A stretch of 64,000 nucleotides of DNA from Candidatus Binatia bacterium (GTDB lineage Bacteria; Desulfobacterota; Binatia; Bin18): contig OY761159.2 of the NCBI GenBank assembly GCA_963664395.2, forward strand, positions 2,880,001 to 2,944,000. The letters are read 5' to 3'. Made by a program: the position numbers and the translations under genes. Below the pieces are notes generated by a model. The model made no database searches and was not told where the DNA came from. It saw only the letters and a program-made list of their open reading frames with translations. How positions within the stretch are numbered: position 1 is the first letter of the stretch; the number at the start of each line of letters is the position of its first letter. Shown here piece after piece: positions 1 to 10,004 of this stretch.

Positions 1-152
1 GGAAATTGTTCCGGCTCCTGGAGATAGGTAATACCCAGGTTGCGGTCATCATCACAGCAGCCTCTGCTAAACGGCAGCCAGGAGCAGGACGCGCCGAACA
101 CGATCAGGCTCGCGCACAAGACCGCGCGGATATACGCACTCGGCGCTTTCAT
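1..152 (-). CDS. 5' part of a putative lipoprotein, running off the window edge
   Basis: Manual translation from ATG at 152 gives MKAPSAYIRAVLCASLIVFGASCSWLPF..., with a signal peptide and lipobox-like FGAS-C. The frame is open to position 1. Confidence 0.55.
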   Translation of the reverse strand, partial: MKAPSAYIRAVLCASLIVFGASCSWLPFSRGCCDDDRNLGITYLQEPEQF

Positions 153-197
153 AGTGTGGAAATTCGGGTAGTGTCTCAGTTTCAGATCTCCCTGTCG

Positions 198-536
198 CTA
201 TTTCAGCCGAACCGCCGTTCCGGTCGCGACCAGCAGCAACATGCCTTTTCCTCCGCCGCTGATTTCGCTGTAGTCCATATCGACACCGACAACCGCATCG
301 GCACCAAGCTGCGCGGCCTGATCTGCGAGTTCTTCCAGACAGGTCTCCTTGGCTTCCCGTAGCGCTTTCTGGTGGGTGCCGCTCCGGCCGCCAAAAAAGT
401 CCCGTAGGCCACCCAGCATATCTCGAAAGACGTTGATACCCAAAACACACTCGGCGCTGACAATACCGAGTGCTTCCTGAATCGTGCGACCCGGAACCGC
501 GGGGGTCGTGGTCATATTGTTTCTGGCAATCGGCAT
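198..536 (-). CDS. YbjQ/UPF0145 family protein
   Basis: Motifs TTTPAVPGRTI..LGIVS, GGRSG, and GADAVVGVDMDY..GTAV are typical of UPF0145. Confidence 0.9.
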   Translation of the reverse strand: MPIARNNMTTTPAVPGRTIQEALGIVSAECVLGINVFRDMLGGLRDFFGGRSGTHQKALREAKETCLEELADQAAQLGADAVVGVDMDYSEISGGGKGMLLLVATGTAVRLK

Positions 537-654
537 AGACGACTTTCGTTAGGCTGTTGTCTCACGACGGTTATACATAACTGGAAAACTCCCCGGCAAC
601 TACCACACCGCCTGCGCGTTCTTTCTCCCGGGCGTTTTCACTATGAGAGAAAAA

Positions 655-3306
655 TCAGAGCGGTGAGGTCTCCGGCAGCGGCCCGAACAAAACACGCAGG
701 GCGATGTCGGCCAGGATGAGGAAGAGGGCGATGACAATGAGGGTATTTTCGAGGGGGTGGAGGAGGACTTTCTGGCCGCCCCGGATTTGGGAAGTGAGTT
801 CGTCGAATGTCGGGTTGAGGCTGCCGCCCGTTCCTTCAGCCAGGGCGTGCAGCAATGGCCGGTTAGGTTGTTGTTGGCGATATTCTTTCAACGCCCCGTC
901 TACTTCTTGCCCAACCAAAACCGTCTGACTCCTCTGGTTCAGGATCGTATTGCCTTTACGCTTGATAATGGTGACGGGTACGTTGCCTGTGTATCGGGCG
1001 GGCAGGACGGCTTCGGAGATACGCGGGGCGACCGGCATGAGGGTCAGGGTCTCACTTCGGGTTCCGCTGGCCAGCCGGGCTTGGAGGATGCCGCCCTCTG
1101 TCGTGTCAAAGGATTCGACCCGCAAGATCGTCCGTTCGCCGCGCGTGGTCGCGCTCAGGCGATAATCCAGGGGCGTTTCATTTCGCATGGCCCACCGGAC
1201 CGCTTGAGACCAGAACTTGCCGAAGCGTTCCCAGCGTATCCAATCGCCTGAGCCGGCGCCGCTCGGATCAAACGGAACGGCGACGACTTTGCCAAGACCA
1301 TATTGCCAGGTGGCGAGGAGGGGGTCCTGTTCGCCGTGGACGTCGGTATACAGTTGGACGTTCGCCTGTTTCTTGGGCGTGGTCAGCATATATTCGTCAA
1401 GGGCCGGGAAGTCGGACAAGCCGCGTAAAATCTGTCCCCGTACGCCGACGTGCGGGACGATGTCCTTGGGTCCTTCGTCTTCTTGATTTTGCTGGCGCAG
1501 GGTCCGCCGGGTGTCCCGCACTAAGAGTTGGGGCAGCATCGTTGCATCTTCGACATGGTAAAAGCGTCCACCCGTTTTTTCAGACATATAGGACAGCAGT
1601 TGCAGGTTGACGGTGTCGGTCCCAATCCGAATAGTCGTAATCGAGATCTGGCGCTGGGCAATGGTTTTAATCAATGGATAATGATCGGCCGGACTGCGAT
1701 TGGTATCTCCATCCGTGAGTAAAATAATATGGCGAATAGACCGACGACTCCGACTCAATTGATCGGCCGCAGCTTCCAGCGCCTGATGGAAGTCCGTCCC
1801 TCCGCCATAGCGCAGCCGCCCGATGCGACTCCGTAGAGTCGAGCGATTTTTTGCCAGCCGTTGTAATGCCGACAGGGAATAGGCTTCTGAGTCAAAGGCA
1901 ATGGCGCCCGCCAGATCGGTATTTTCGAGTTGGCCCAAGACGGCAGTCGCCGCCTTCTGCGCATACTCCATTTTTTGGCCATCGTGCAGGCCGCGAACGC
2001 GGCTGTTATAGCCCATGCTGTTCGAGCGGTCGATCAATAAAAAGAGGGCAATCGGAATACGCTTCTTTTTTTGCGGACGCTGCTTGCAAAAGGAGACCGG
2101 CAAGAGACGTTCTATGGCTGAGTGTTGATAGTCGAGCGTCCCAAACGTCCGCGTTCCGCCCGTCATGAGAAAGCCACCCCCAAAGTCACGCACATAGCGC
2201 TCAATGACCGTCATCTGTTTCTTCGTTACCTCTTCGCGGCTGATGTCATCAAAGACCACACTATTATAGTCGAGGAGATCGGGCAGAGTGGTTGGCAGCC
2301 CTTCGGGCCGCCGAAACTCAATCTCCACTTCTTTGATCTGTAGCGCGCGTGCCAGGTGAGTCTGAGGATTGTTGGTGATGACGAGGGCGCGCGTTTTCCC
2401 GGCAACAGCCAGGCTTGTACTCTGGGTGTTATTCCCGGCGATAGTGTCGGCGTCTGTCTGAATCTCTGCTCGAAGCAAGTAGTTCCCGCGCTGAAGGATT
2501 TGAGCGGGAATTTCCAAAACAGACAGGCCGGGCTCCAGGCTCACCGCTTGACGGGTCAGGAGGTGATCGTCAACAAAGATGTCGGCTCTGCCTGGAACGG
2601 GCCGGGCATGGCCGTTGCGAACAACGAGGCGCATATCAAAGACGCTGCCCTCACGGGTCAACGGGGGAACAACAAATTTTTCCAGGGAGACTTCGGCCTT
2701 TTGGCCGCCCGGGGGAATGACCGGATAAATGGCAATGCCCATTTGACGGGCTGTGGCTCCGGCTTGGCGGGCCCTGCCGGTTGTCTCATTCCCATCGGTC
2801 AGGAGGAGGAGGCGTTTTTCCGTCCCCTCGGGATACAGAGCAAAGGATCGTTCAAGCGCTTGAGCAATATTCGTACTTGTGGCGTGGTCAGGCGCCGGAA
2901 ACGACTCGGGCAGGATGGCCTGAGTTGCCGGACCGGGGGCAAGAACGAGCTGAGTATCGGTTGCAAATGAGAGGATCGAGAGTTCATCTTCTGGTGAGAG
3001 CGCCTCTTTGAGTTGCTCCAGATACGTTTGCATCCAGGTCCGAGCTTCTGAAGCAATACTGTCTGACGTATCAACCGCCGCCACAACGGCTAACTTCTGA
3101 TCGGAGAGAATGGTCTGATAACTCAGACCGGCCAGGGCCATAATAACCAGGCTGGCGGCCACAGTCCGAAGCAGCGTCGCGGCCGCCAGCACGCCCCGCC
3201 GGGCGTATCCGCGTAAGGGCAGCCACAGGAGCGGCAACAAGAGGAAGAGCCACAATAACCTGGGCGACAGGATCGTATACAGTTGGCCAAAAATTTCGGT
3301 GGTCAT
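655..3306 (-). CDS. Membrane-anchored protein with two vWA domains and a glutamine-amidotransferase-like domain
   Basis: MIDAS motifs DTSDS and DRSNS, two LLTDG motifs, FGGGFLMTGG and WQYGLGK segments, N- and C-terminal TM helices. ATG 3306 overlaps the upstream stop. Confidence 0.85.
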   Translation of the reverse strand: MTTEIFGQLYTILSPRLLWLFLLLPLLWLPLRGYARRGVLAAATLLRTVAASLVIMALAGLSYQTILSDQKLAVVAAVDTSDSIASEARTWMQTYLEQLKEALSPEDELSILSFATDTQLVLAPGPATQAILPESFPAPDHATSTNIAQALERSFALYPEGTEKRLLLLTDGNETTGRARQAGATARQMGIAIYPVIPPGGQKAEVSLEKFVVPPLTREGSVFDMRLVVRNGHARPVPGRADIFVDDHLLTRQAVSLEPGLSVLEIPAQILQRGNYLLRAEIQTDADTIAGNNTQSTSLAVAGKTRALVITNNPQTHLARALQIKEVEIEFRRPEGLPTTLPDLLDYNSVVFDDISREEVTKKQMTVIERYVRDFGGGFLMTGGTRTFGTLDYQHSAIERLLPVSFCKQRPQKKKRIPIALFLLIDRSNSMGYNSRVRGLHDGQKMEYAQKAATAVLGQLENTDLAGAIAFDSEAYSLSALQRLAKNRSTLRSRIGRLRYGGGTDFHQALEAAADQLSRSRRSIRHIILLTDGDTNRSPADHYPLIKTIAQRQISITTIRIGTDTVNLQLLSYMSEKTGGRFYHVEDATMLPQLLVRDTRRTLRQQNQEDEGPKDIVPHVGVRGQILRGLSDFPALDEYMLTTPKKQANVQLYTDVHGEQDPLLATWQYGLGKVVAVPFDPSGAGSGDWIRWERFGKFWSQAVRWAMRNETPLDYRLSATTRGERTILRVESFDTTEGGILQARLASGTRSETLTLMPVAPRISEAVLPARYTGNVPVTIIKRKGNTILNQRSQTVLVGQEVDGALKEYRQQQPNRPLLHALAEGTGGSLNPTFDELTSQIRGGQKVLLHPLENTLIVIALFLILADIALRVLFGPLPETSPL

Positions 3307-5270
3307 GCTGTGCGCCCCATCTGAGAGCGCCGCAAGGCGTACAGCCACTCGCCGAGGAGAAGAAGCGCGGCGAGCCAGTACAGACCCCGACCAAATTCGA
3401 CGGGAACTTCGCGGTGCACTTCTTCGGATGTTGTTCGGACTCCTGGCGGTGACACCTGGGGCTGCCCTGATGAGCCAGCGTGCCCTCCAGCAGACATGCC
3501 GACAGACATGCCGACAGACATGCCGATGTCGGCACGTCTGCGCAGTGTGTCCTCAGCGGCCTGTCTGCCAATGTCGGACTCGGCTTCGTCAAAGAGATTT
3601 GCGTACAGCACCGCCTGATAGGTTTCAGCCTCAATACGATAGATACCAACCTGATCAAGCGACACGGTGTCGGTTGCAAGGGCCTGAGCTTCCGCCCGAG
3701 GTGTAGACAGGCGTGCACGGTCAAGCGGAGCATCGGCGGGGAGAAAGAACATGTCTCCGACGGGGAGCAGGTGGGGATTGAGCGGATTGGGTGGACGGAG
3801 CCAGCGCAGAGCATTGAGAAAGAGGACGAGCAGGGTCAGGTTGTCTGAGTCGGTGAGATTCCCCGCGCCTAGATCAAATGCTAAACAGACAACCCGATGG
3901 CCGTCTTTCTCACCCGTCAGCGCAAGCGGGATTTCGCCGTGTTGGGTCCTTGAGGAAATGAGCACCTGCGCCCAGGGGGGGAGTGCGAGAATGCGGGCCT
4001 GCTTGAACGGCAGCGCTTCAACATACTGCAGGTTGCGCAAAATTTCGTGCTCGTCGTTCCAGTCCAGAATATTGAGGTCTGCGGCCTCGGTCAAAACGGG
4101 AAAGAGTGGATTCTCAACCGGCGGGAAGATGTAGAGACTATTGGCGGAGATTACCGCGCCGGGAACAAATTGATGGAAAAGGACAACATCCTGCTCGTTC
4201 AATTGATCGGGCGAGAAGTCCTCGGGCCTGGTGCTGACCAGCGTTACGCCGGGGAGCGATTGACTCACCTGCCGGAGCTCCTCGTGCAGGTGGGCAACCG
4301 GAGAGACCAGGACTAATCGCCACGAACGACGTTCAGCAATCCAGTTGAGGGCGTGATTGTCGACGGCTAAGGCATCCTCGGACTCAAGGTGGACGGCAAG
4401 CTGCCCCGGCCCGCTAAAACCACGTAAAGAGAACGAGCGGGTCGTGTTGGCCGAGAGGCTGAACTCTTCTTGAAAGACAGCTTGGCCATTGAGGGCGACG
4501 CTCAGCGTTGCGCCTTTTGTTCGAGTGGCATAATTGCGAACGAGGATATAGGCCTGGGCCTGGGAGTAGTCCTGGAAGGGGTTCTGGTACACATGGACCG
4601 AGGCCAGGGCCATATTGTCGTCTGTCTCACCCACACGATGATAGCTCAACGCCTGAAGCTGCGCCTCTGCCAGACTCAGCTGGCTGAGCGCCACGTCGGT
4701 AAAAACATGGATCTGGGCCTGCCGTCCGGCCCGGTCGCGCTGGACGAGGGCGAGTTCAATTCCCAGTTCCAGCTGCGTGCCGGTATCCTGCGGCTGTAGG
4801 CTCTCGAGGCGGTGCAACAACAAACGATGGTCTGTGGTAAAGCCACTGACGACGTGGGGCCGGGCAGCAATGCTGATGAGCATGACTTCGTCAAGGGGCG
4901 CCAGGGATTGGACTACATCTTTGGCTTGATCCAGGGCCAGATCAAATCGGCGTAAGCCGTCTTCGCGGGCCTGCATGCTCGCCGAAAGATCAAAGACGAG
5001 AATCTGTCGGTCGCCGCGAGTTTCGGTGACTGCGCGCGACCAGTACGGATGCAATAAACCACCAATGAGAAAAAGGAGGAGGAGGGCTTGAAGGAAAAAG
5101 AGGAGGTCGGGCCGGAAGCGTCTGGAACGCACGCGATCTTCTGTAATGCTTTCCCACAACAAGAGGCTGGGTACTTCAATACGGGTGCGGGTGCGCTGGC
5201 GCAGGTAGATAAGCACCAGAATGCCAAGCAGGGAGAAGAACGGGAGTGCCGCTGGATTGAGGATGCCCAT
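3303..5270 (-). CDS. BatA-like N-terminal membrane domain plus vWA domain protein
   Basis: N-terminal LNPAALPF..VPSLLLW, MIDAS motif DLSASM, HVFTD, and C-terminal LLLLGEW. The start is placed at MGILNP. Confidence 0.85.
   Translation of the reverse strand: MGILNPAALPFFSLLGILVLIYLRQRTRTRIEVPSLLLWESITEDRVRSRRFRPDLLFFLQALLLLFLIGGLLHPYWSRAVTETRGDRQILVFDLSASMQAREDGLRRFDLALDQAKDVVQSLAPLDEVMLISIAARPHVVSGFTTDHRLLLHRLESLQPQDTGTQLELGIELALVQRDRAGRQAQIHVFTDVALSQLSLAEAQLQALSYHRVGETDDNMALASVHVYQNPFQDYSQAQAYILVRNYATRTKGATLSVALNGQAVFQEEFSLSANTTRSFSLRGFSGPGQLAVHLESEDALAVDNHALNWIAERRSWRLVLVSPVAHLHEELRQVSQSLPGVTLVSTRPEDFSPDQLNEQDVVLFHQFVPGAVISANSLYIFPPVENPLFPVLTEAADLNILDWNDEHEILRNLQYVEALPFKQARILALPPWAQVLISSRTQHGEIPLALTGEKDGHRVVCLAFDLGAGNLTDSDNLTLLVLFLNALRWLRPPNPLNPHLLPVGDMFFLPADAPLDRARLSTPRAEAQALATDTVSLDQVGIYRIEAETYQAVLYANLFDEAESDIGRQAAEDTLRRRADIGMSVGMSVGMSAGGHAGSSGQPQVSPPGVRTTSEEVHREVPVEFGRGLYWLAALLLLGEWLYALRRSQMGRTA
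3491..3526. repeat. 12-bp tandem repeat x3 (CAGACATGCCGA)
   Basis: Three exact copies; they encode GMSV-GMSV-GMSA in frame. Confidence 0.95.
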
Positions 5271-5286
5271 ACGCAGGGGAGGGTGC

Positions 5287-6204
5287 TCAGTGGAGGCTGA
5301 CGAGCCCAACCTGGGCGAGTGTACCCGTCACCGTCTCGGCGATGGGCTGCGCGGTGGAGAGACGGGCGTACAGCACCCGATGTTGATGGCAGAACTGTTG
5401 GATCGCGTCACAATGGGCCGCCAGGGCGTGCTGGTATTTCTCAAGGTTGGCACGGCTGAGCGTGACCCAGCGTTCGGTTTGCTCTTCGACATCGTAGAGC
5501 TTGCCACGCCGAAAAAGACGTTCCGGGTGCAGCTCACTCTCGCCCAGAACCTGGATAGCTTTGACTTCATAGCCCCGCGCGATCAGAAAGAGCAGGGCGG
5601 CTTCATATTGCTTGGGTTGGGTCAGAAAGTCTGAAACGAGAATGACTACGCCGGGTTCTTTTGTCTGTCTGATATAGGACTGGACAGACTCCCTGAGATA
5701 CGTCTTCCCGCTAGGTGTCAGCGTTTCCAAAAAGGGCGTGACGCGTAGAAAACGGTTCCGATGACGTAAGAAGGGCGTTGCTATAAAGGGGCGCTGGCTC
5801 TTGTGGGGCGAAGACAGGGCGGCAATCCGGAGCGTATTATTACTGGAGAGCACGATATAACTCAGCGCCGTGACCAGGTCCAAGGCCAGGGTAAATTTCT
5901 TGTCTCCGGCAGGGGCGCCCATCGACGCGCTGGTGTCGAGAATGAGATGAAAAGGAATTTCCCGCTCTGCCGTAAACGTCTTGACCACTAGCTGATTGAG
6001 TCGCCCTGTCGCATTCCAATCCAAATAGCGAAAATCGTCTCCAGGCGAATAGTCTTTGTACGATTCGAATTCCACACCCCAGGCCTGGCTCGTACGCGGG
6101 ATAGGCGTCTCCCCAGGACGATGGCCTCGGGCTGCGCGTACGCGGATATGCAGACGGTCAAGTTGCCTAAAAAAGGCGGGGTCGGTCAGGCTCACGTGAA
6201 GCAC
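5287..6204 (-). CDS. DUF58 domain protein (MoxR partner)
   Basis: EFESYKDYSPGDDFRYLDWN, DTSASM, SDFL motifs; adjacent to MoxR. Confidence 0.92.
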   Translation of the reverse strand: MLHVSLTDPAFFRQLDRLHIRVRAARGHRPGETPIPRTSQAWGVEFESYKDYSPGDDFRYLDWNATGRLNQLVVKTFTAEREIPFHLILDTSASMGAPAGDKKFTLALDLVTALSYIVLSSNNTLRIAALSSPHKSQRPFIATPFLRHRNRFLRVTPFLETLTPSGKTYLRESVQSYIRQTKEPGVVILVSDFLTQPKQYEAALLFLIARGYEVKAIQVLGESELHPERLFRRGKLYDVEEQTERWVTLSRANLEKYQHALAAHCDAIQQFCHQHRVLYARLSTAQPIAETVTGTLAQVGLVSLH

Positions 6205-6209
6205 TATTC

Positions 6210-7313
6210 CTATCGTTGGATTTTTTTGGCGGACTGAAGAATACGCTCAATGATCGAGCCAGGATCAATATTCTCTGCTTCCGCTGCAAAATTGAGTACC
6301 AGCCGGTGATTGAGCGCCGGCAGCATGATCCGGTTCACATCTTCGTAACTGACGTTTGCACGCCCATCGAGTAAGGCGGCGACTTTCGCTCCCAGCACCA
6401 AGGTCTGGCCACCCCGCGGACTTGAGCCGAAATTGACATACCGATTCACCAGATCCTCTTTCGGCAACGTCACCGCGGCGGTATCGGAGTGATTCACATA
6501 CAGCGCATCCGCCGGCAGCGTGGCATGAATCAACGCCGCGATATACTCTTCAATGTTGGGAGCGACCATGACCTCTCGCACCAGATGGCGAAACGCCATA
6601 ATTTTTTCAGCCGCTTCCCCTTCAGAAAAAACAGGCTGAACATCCGGTTCAGCGGTGGTGGTGGTTGAGCTGATAATGCGCCGAACCTCTTGGTGGGTGG
6701 GATAGGTCAAGCGTACCTTAAAAAAGAAGCGGTCGAGCTGGGCTTCGGGCAGAGGATAGGTGCCCTCCATTTCGATGGGGTTGAGCGTCGCCAGCACGAA
6801 AAAGGGTGGGTGCAGCTGATAGGTTGTACCCGCAACCGTGACTTGGAGTTCAGCCATGGCTTCGAGCAGCGCCGCCTGGGTCTTGGGGGTTGAGCGGTTG
6901 ATCTCATCCGCCAGGAGCACGTGAGAAAAAATCGGGCCTTCAACAAAGACAAAATCACGCCGACCCCCGTCTTGATCCACGACCATACGGGTGCCCGTGA
7001 CGTCTGCCGGCATCAGGTCCACGGTGAACTGAATCCGGTTAAAACTGAGATTCAGGACGCGGGCGAGCGAACGAACCAGGAGTGTTTTGCCTGTCCCCGG
7101 CACGCCCTCGATAAGCACATGTCCGCCGGCAAAAAAGGCGATAAGAATATTTTGAATGAGCTCCTCATGGCCGATGATGGCTTTAGCCAATTCGGACTGA
7201 ATACGTTGAAAGGTATCCTGGAATTCAAGAACAAGATCGGTTGAAGAAGTAAACGTATCCTCCAATACATGCTGAGATGTTGACACGTTGACTCCTTCCG
7301 GTGTTTCACTCAC
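6210..7313 (-). CDS. moxR: MoxR-family AAA+ ATPase
   Basis: Walker A EGVPGTGKT, RIQFTVDLMPAD, LADEINR, NPIEMEGTYPLPEAQLDRF. Confidence 0.95.
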   Translation of the reverse strand: MSETPEGVNVSTSQHVLEDTFTSSTDLVLEFQDTFQRIQSELAKAIIGHEELIQNILIAFFAGGHVLIEGVPGTGKTLLVRSLARVLNLSFNRIQFTVDLMPADVTGTRMVVDQDGGRRDFVFVEGPIFSHVLLADEINRSTPKTQAALLEAMAELQVTVAGTTYQLHPPFFVLATLNPIEMEGTYPLPEAQLDRFFFKVRLTYPTHQEVRRIISSTTTTAEPDVQPVFSEGEAAEKIMAFRHLVREVMVAPNIEEYIAALIHATLPADALYVNHSDTAAVTLPKEDLVNRYVNFGSSPRGGQTLVLGAKVAALLDGRANVSYEDVNRIMLPALNHRLVLNFAAEAENIDPGSIIERILQSAKKIQR

Positions 7314-8758
7314 TGTGCTTCTCCCCGAGAAAACAGACGTTTCACAATATCTTCATATTCAGGCGGAATTTTGGCATTGCGGATGGCGTCGTCCAATGCC
7401 TGGTTTGCGCTGAGCTGACTGGTGGACTGAATAATCACCCCGCCGCCCTCATCTTTGACACCCTCGCGACCGGTATGGCTCTTCTCAAAACTGGCATCGA
7501 GAGACAAGCTGAAGGTCTGAGCCGTGGCTCCCAGATTGGCATCGTTGCCGTACAGGCGTCGGTCCGTACCCGTACCCGCCCCCGTGCCACCTTGGCCGGC
7601 TTGCCCTCCTCGGCGAGGGATCTGGGGATTGGCAGACTGAAAGGCCCCCACGGTTTTCCGCCGATCGAGACGGGCTTGTTTGAGCTTTTGGAGGCCACTG
7701 CCCTGTTCCGGCGGGGTGCTGCTGCCCTTGCCCTGCGAAGCCCTCTCAGCGTCATTCCCGGCCTGGTCTTCACCAACGGCATGTTGGGTTGCATCTCCTG
7801 CCTGCTGCTGAGACTGTAAACCCTGCTCTGCCGGCTGATCGTCATTGAGAGCGAGACGGCTCTCGTCCGCGTCTTTTGCTCGCTGCCTGTCACGCTGCTC
7901 CTGGGACTCTTGGAGCCCTTGCAGAGCCGTCCGCAGGGCTTGTTGGATATCTTCAGGAAGAGACGCCAGGTCAAGCAGCTCCTGTCCCAGACCTTCTTCG
8001 CCTTCTCCTTGATTTTGCAGGCTCGCCTGGTTGTCTGCTTGGTGGGGCAGTGTCTCATCAAAGGGGAGGGGGGCCGGTGGGTCTTCCGGCAGCATGGATA
8101 GACGTTCGTCAACCAATTGTCCTGCTCGTTCAGACAACTCAGAGGTGATAAGCTCAAGATTGGTCAGTGAGAAGGGTATAGGTTCGGACGCGGGTGACAA
8201 TAACGGGATGGAAGCCACAAAGAAGGCGAGCAGCAGTGCAGCGAGAAAAGGCAGGACGCTCCAGGGCATGAGCCGTGGCGCCACCTTTTTGATCTCCCAC
8301 AGAGACAGCCGGTCCATATTATCACGGAGGAGATACGTCCATAAGCGTGAAGCCGGAGGTCTATCGGGAGTACTCGCCATCATCTGGGCTGTCAGCGTTG
8401 ACAGGCGCTGTTTAAGCCCAACCTGGAGGTCTATACGGCGGGCTGCTGTGTGCATACTTGTCCAATCTGCTACCCCCTGGCGGAGAAACCGAAAACAGAT
8501 AAAGCCAGCAAGTGCGAAGAGCGGCCAGGTTGCCAGCGTGAACCAGAACGAAGAGAGTGAGAAGGCTAAAAAAGTAAAAAGTGCGAATCCGAGTGCGAGA
8601 ACCGTTCCAACGCCATAGAACCGATGTTGAGTGGTATAGAGGTTAAAACGCGCTCGAAGCTTTCGCAGTCTCGCTTCGACCTCGGCGAGCGCGCTCCGCT
8701 CCTCAGTGCCCGGTGGCCAATCCATACAGCGTCCTGTTCTCTTTGAAAGAGCGCTCAC
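7310..8758 (-). CDS. Membrane protein with Gln/Gly-rich C-terminal tail, MoxR-cluster associated
   Basis: Three TM segments, AARRID..LKQRLST motif, low-complexity tail ending IPPEYEDIVKRLFS; overlaps the moxR start. Confidence 0.75.
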   Translation of the reverse strand: MSALSKRTGRCMDWPPGTEERSALAEVEARLRKLRARFNLYTTQHRFYGVGTVLALGFALFTFLAFSLSSFWFTLATWPLFALAGFICFRFLRQGVADWTSMHTAARRIDLQVGLKQRLSTLTAQMMASTPDRPPASRLWTYLLRDNMDRLSLWEIKKVAPRLMPWSVLPFLAALLLAFFVASIPLLSPASEPIPFSLTNLELITSELSERAGQLVDERLSMLPEDPPAPLPFDETLPHQADNQASLQNQGEGEEGLGQELLDLASLPEDIQQALRTALQGLQESQEQRDRQRAKDADESRLALNDDQPAEQGLQSQQQAGDATQHAVGEDQAGNDAERASQGKGSSTPPEQGSGLQKLKQARLDRRKTVGAFQSANPQIPRRGGQAGQGGTGAGTGTDRRLYGNDANLGATAQTFSLSLDASFEKSHTGREGVKDEGGGVIIQSTSQLSANQALDDAIRNAKIPPEYEDIVKRLFSRGEAQ

Positions 8759-8939
8759 ACCATAGTTGAGAGCCTTTCTCGGGTCAACTCACAGGCGAAG
8801 GAGAAAAATTCCGGTTTGGGAGCAGTCGCTTCGTATTCTTTTCGGCTTGTACGGAGATGCAACACTGCGTTCGAGCTGCTAGTGAGTAGCGTGTGTTTGA
8901 TCCAATACTCGCTCAAAGGTCCTCAGCCATAGCTTCAAG

Positions 8940-9992
8940 ATGATGTATTCTCTGTCTGCGGTCAGCCGCTTGCTCGTCTGGTTTGTATTGCTGCTGGGGG
9001 TGGCGTGTGAAGAGCCGCTCCGACTGCCTTACATCGAGCCGGTGCTGCACAGGTGGCCGGAACAGTACCGAGGCGTGAGCAAGATCAAACTGCACGTCTT
9101 TCATACTGGCTCGATAGAGGTCCCCAGCCGGCTTGTCTACCAAAACGGCAGCCTCCCGCAGCGGCAGACACTTGACATCCTGGTGTTTGGCATCGAGCAT
9201 CCCAAGCACGGCCTGGTTCTGGTTGGAACCGGGTTGAATCGAGCTATGGCGGAAGATGCGTCGCGGTACTTAGGACAGTTCCGCGCGGCCCTTGGGCAGG
9301 CCGACATGCAGCCTGGCCAGGACATTCTCTCGCAGCTCAAGACGGCGCAGCTCTCAGTTGCAACAGTGAAATTCATTATTATGCCCGACCTGCGGCTCGA
9401 TCATACCGGTGAGCTCGAGCGTATGTCTCAAGCGGCTGTTGTGGTGACGCGTGAGGAACACGCTGCGGCGCTGAGCAGCAGTCCTATCGGCACTATCGGT
9501 TTGTATATGCCGCGTGAATTCGACGATGTGCCTACCTGGCAATTCGTTCATTTTTCAGCCGATGCGCCACTCGGTACTTTTGCGCGGAGTCATGACCTCT
9601 TCGGGGATGGCAGCATCGAGCTGATTGACGTCACCGGCGCAACTGCCGGCGGGCTTGCCGTGCTTGTCCGCTTATCCAGGCAACCCGTTATCCTGTGTGG
9701 AAATTTGGCCTGGACGCACAGCCAGGCGCGCTATGCGTGGCAACCCGGTCTGGCCTTTAAGCGTGAGGCGTGGTGGGAGGCAATCTGGCGTCTCAAGAAA
9801 TTTAAGGACCTCGTCCCGGAACTCATCGTCCTGCCCGATCATGACTGGGCCGCAGTCCGAAAGGTCAAAGCCGCAAACATCACGGTGCATGAATTTTCTC
9901 CTTCCCAAGAAGAGGGGACGGGAGAAGAGGAGACGGGCCTGTCTACGCCGTCTCCGGCAGCCCGGCTTTTCCGACCGGCTGCGGCCGGCTAG
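8940..9992 (+). CDS. Metallo-beta-lactamase-fold (AHL-lactonase-like) lipoprotein with degenerate metal ligands
   Basis: IEHPKHGLVLVGTG, DLFGDGSI and LPDHD match lactonase-like proteins, but HxHxDH reads DLRLDH. Lipobox LGVA-C. Confidence 0.75.
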   Translation: MMYSLSAVSRLLVWFVLLLGVACEEPLRLPYIEPVLHRWPEQYRGVSKIKLHVFHTGSIEVPSRLVYQNGSLPQRQTLDILVFGIEHPKHGLVLVGTGLNRAMAEDASRYLGQFRAALGQADMQPGQDILSQLKTAQLSVATVKFIIMPDLRLDHTGELERMSQAAVVVTREEHAAALSSSPIGTIGLYMPREFDDVPTWQFVHFSADAPLGTFARSHDLFGDGSIELIDVTGATAGGLAVLVRLSRQPVILCGNLAWTHSQARYAWQPGLAFKREAWWEAIWRLKKFKDLVPELIVLPDHDWAAVRKVKAANITVHEFSPSQEEGTGEEETGLSTPSPAARLFRPAAAG

Positions 9993-10004
9993 GGTAGGGA
10001 AGCA

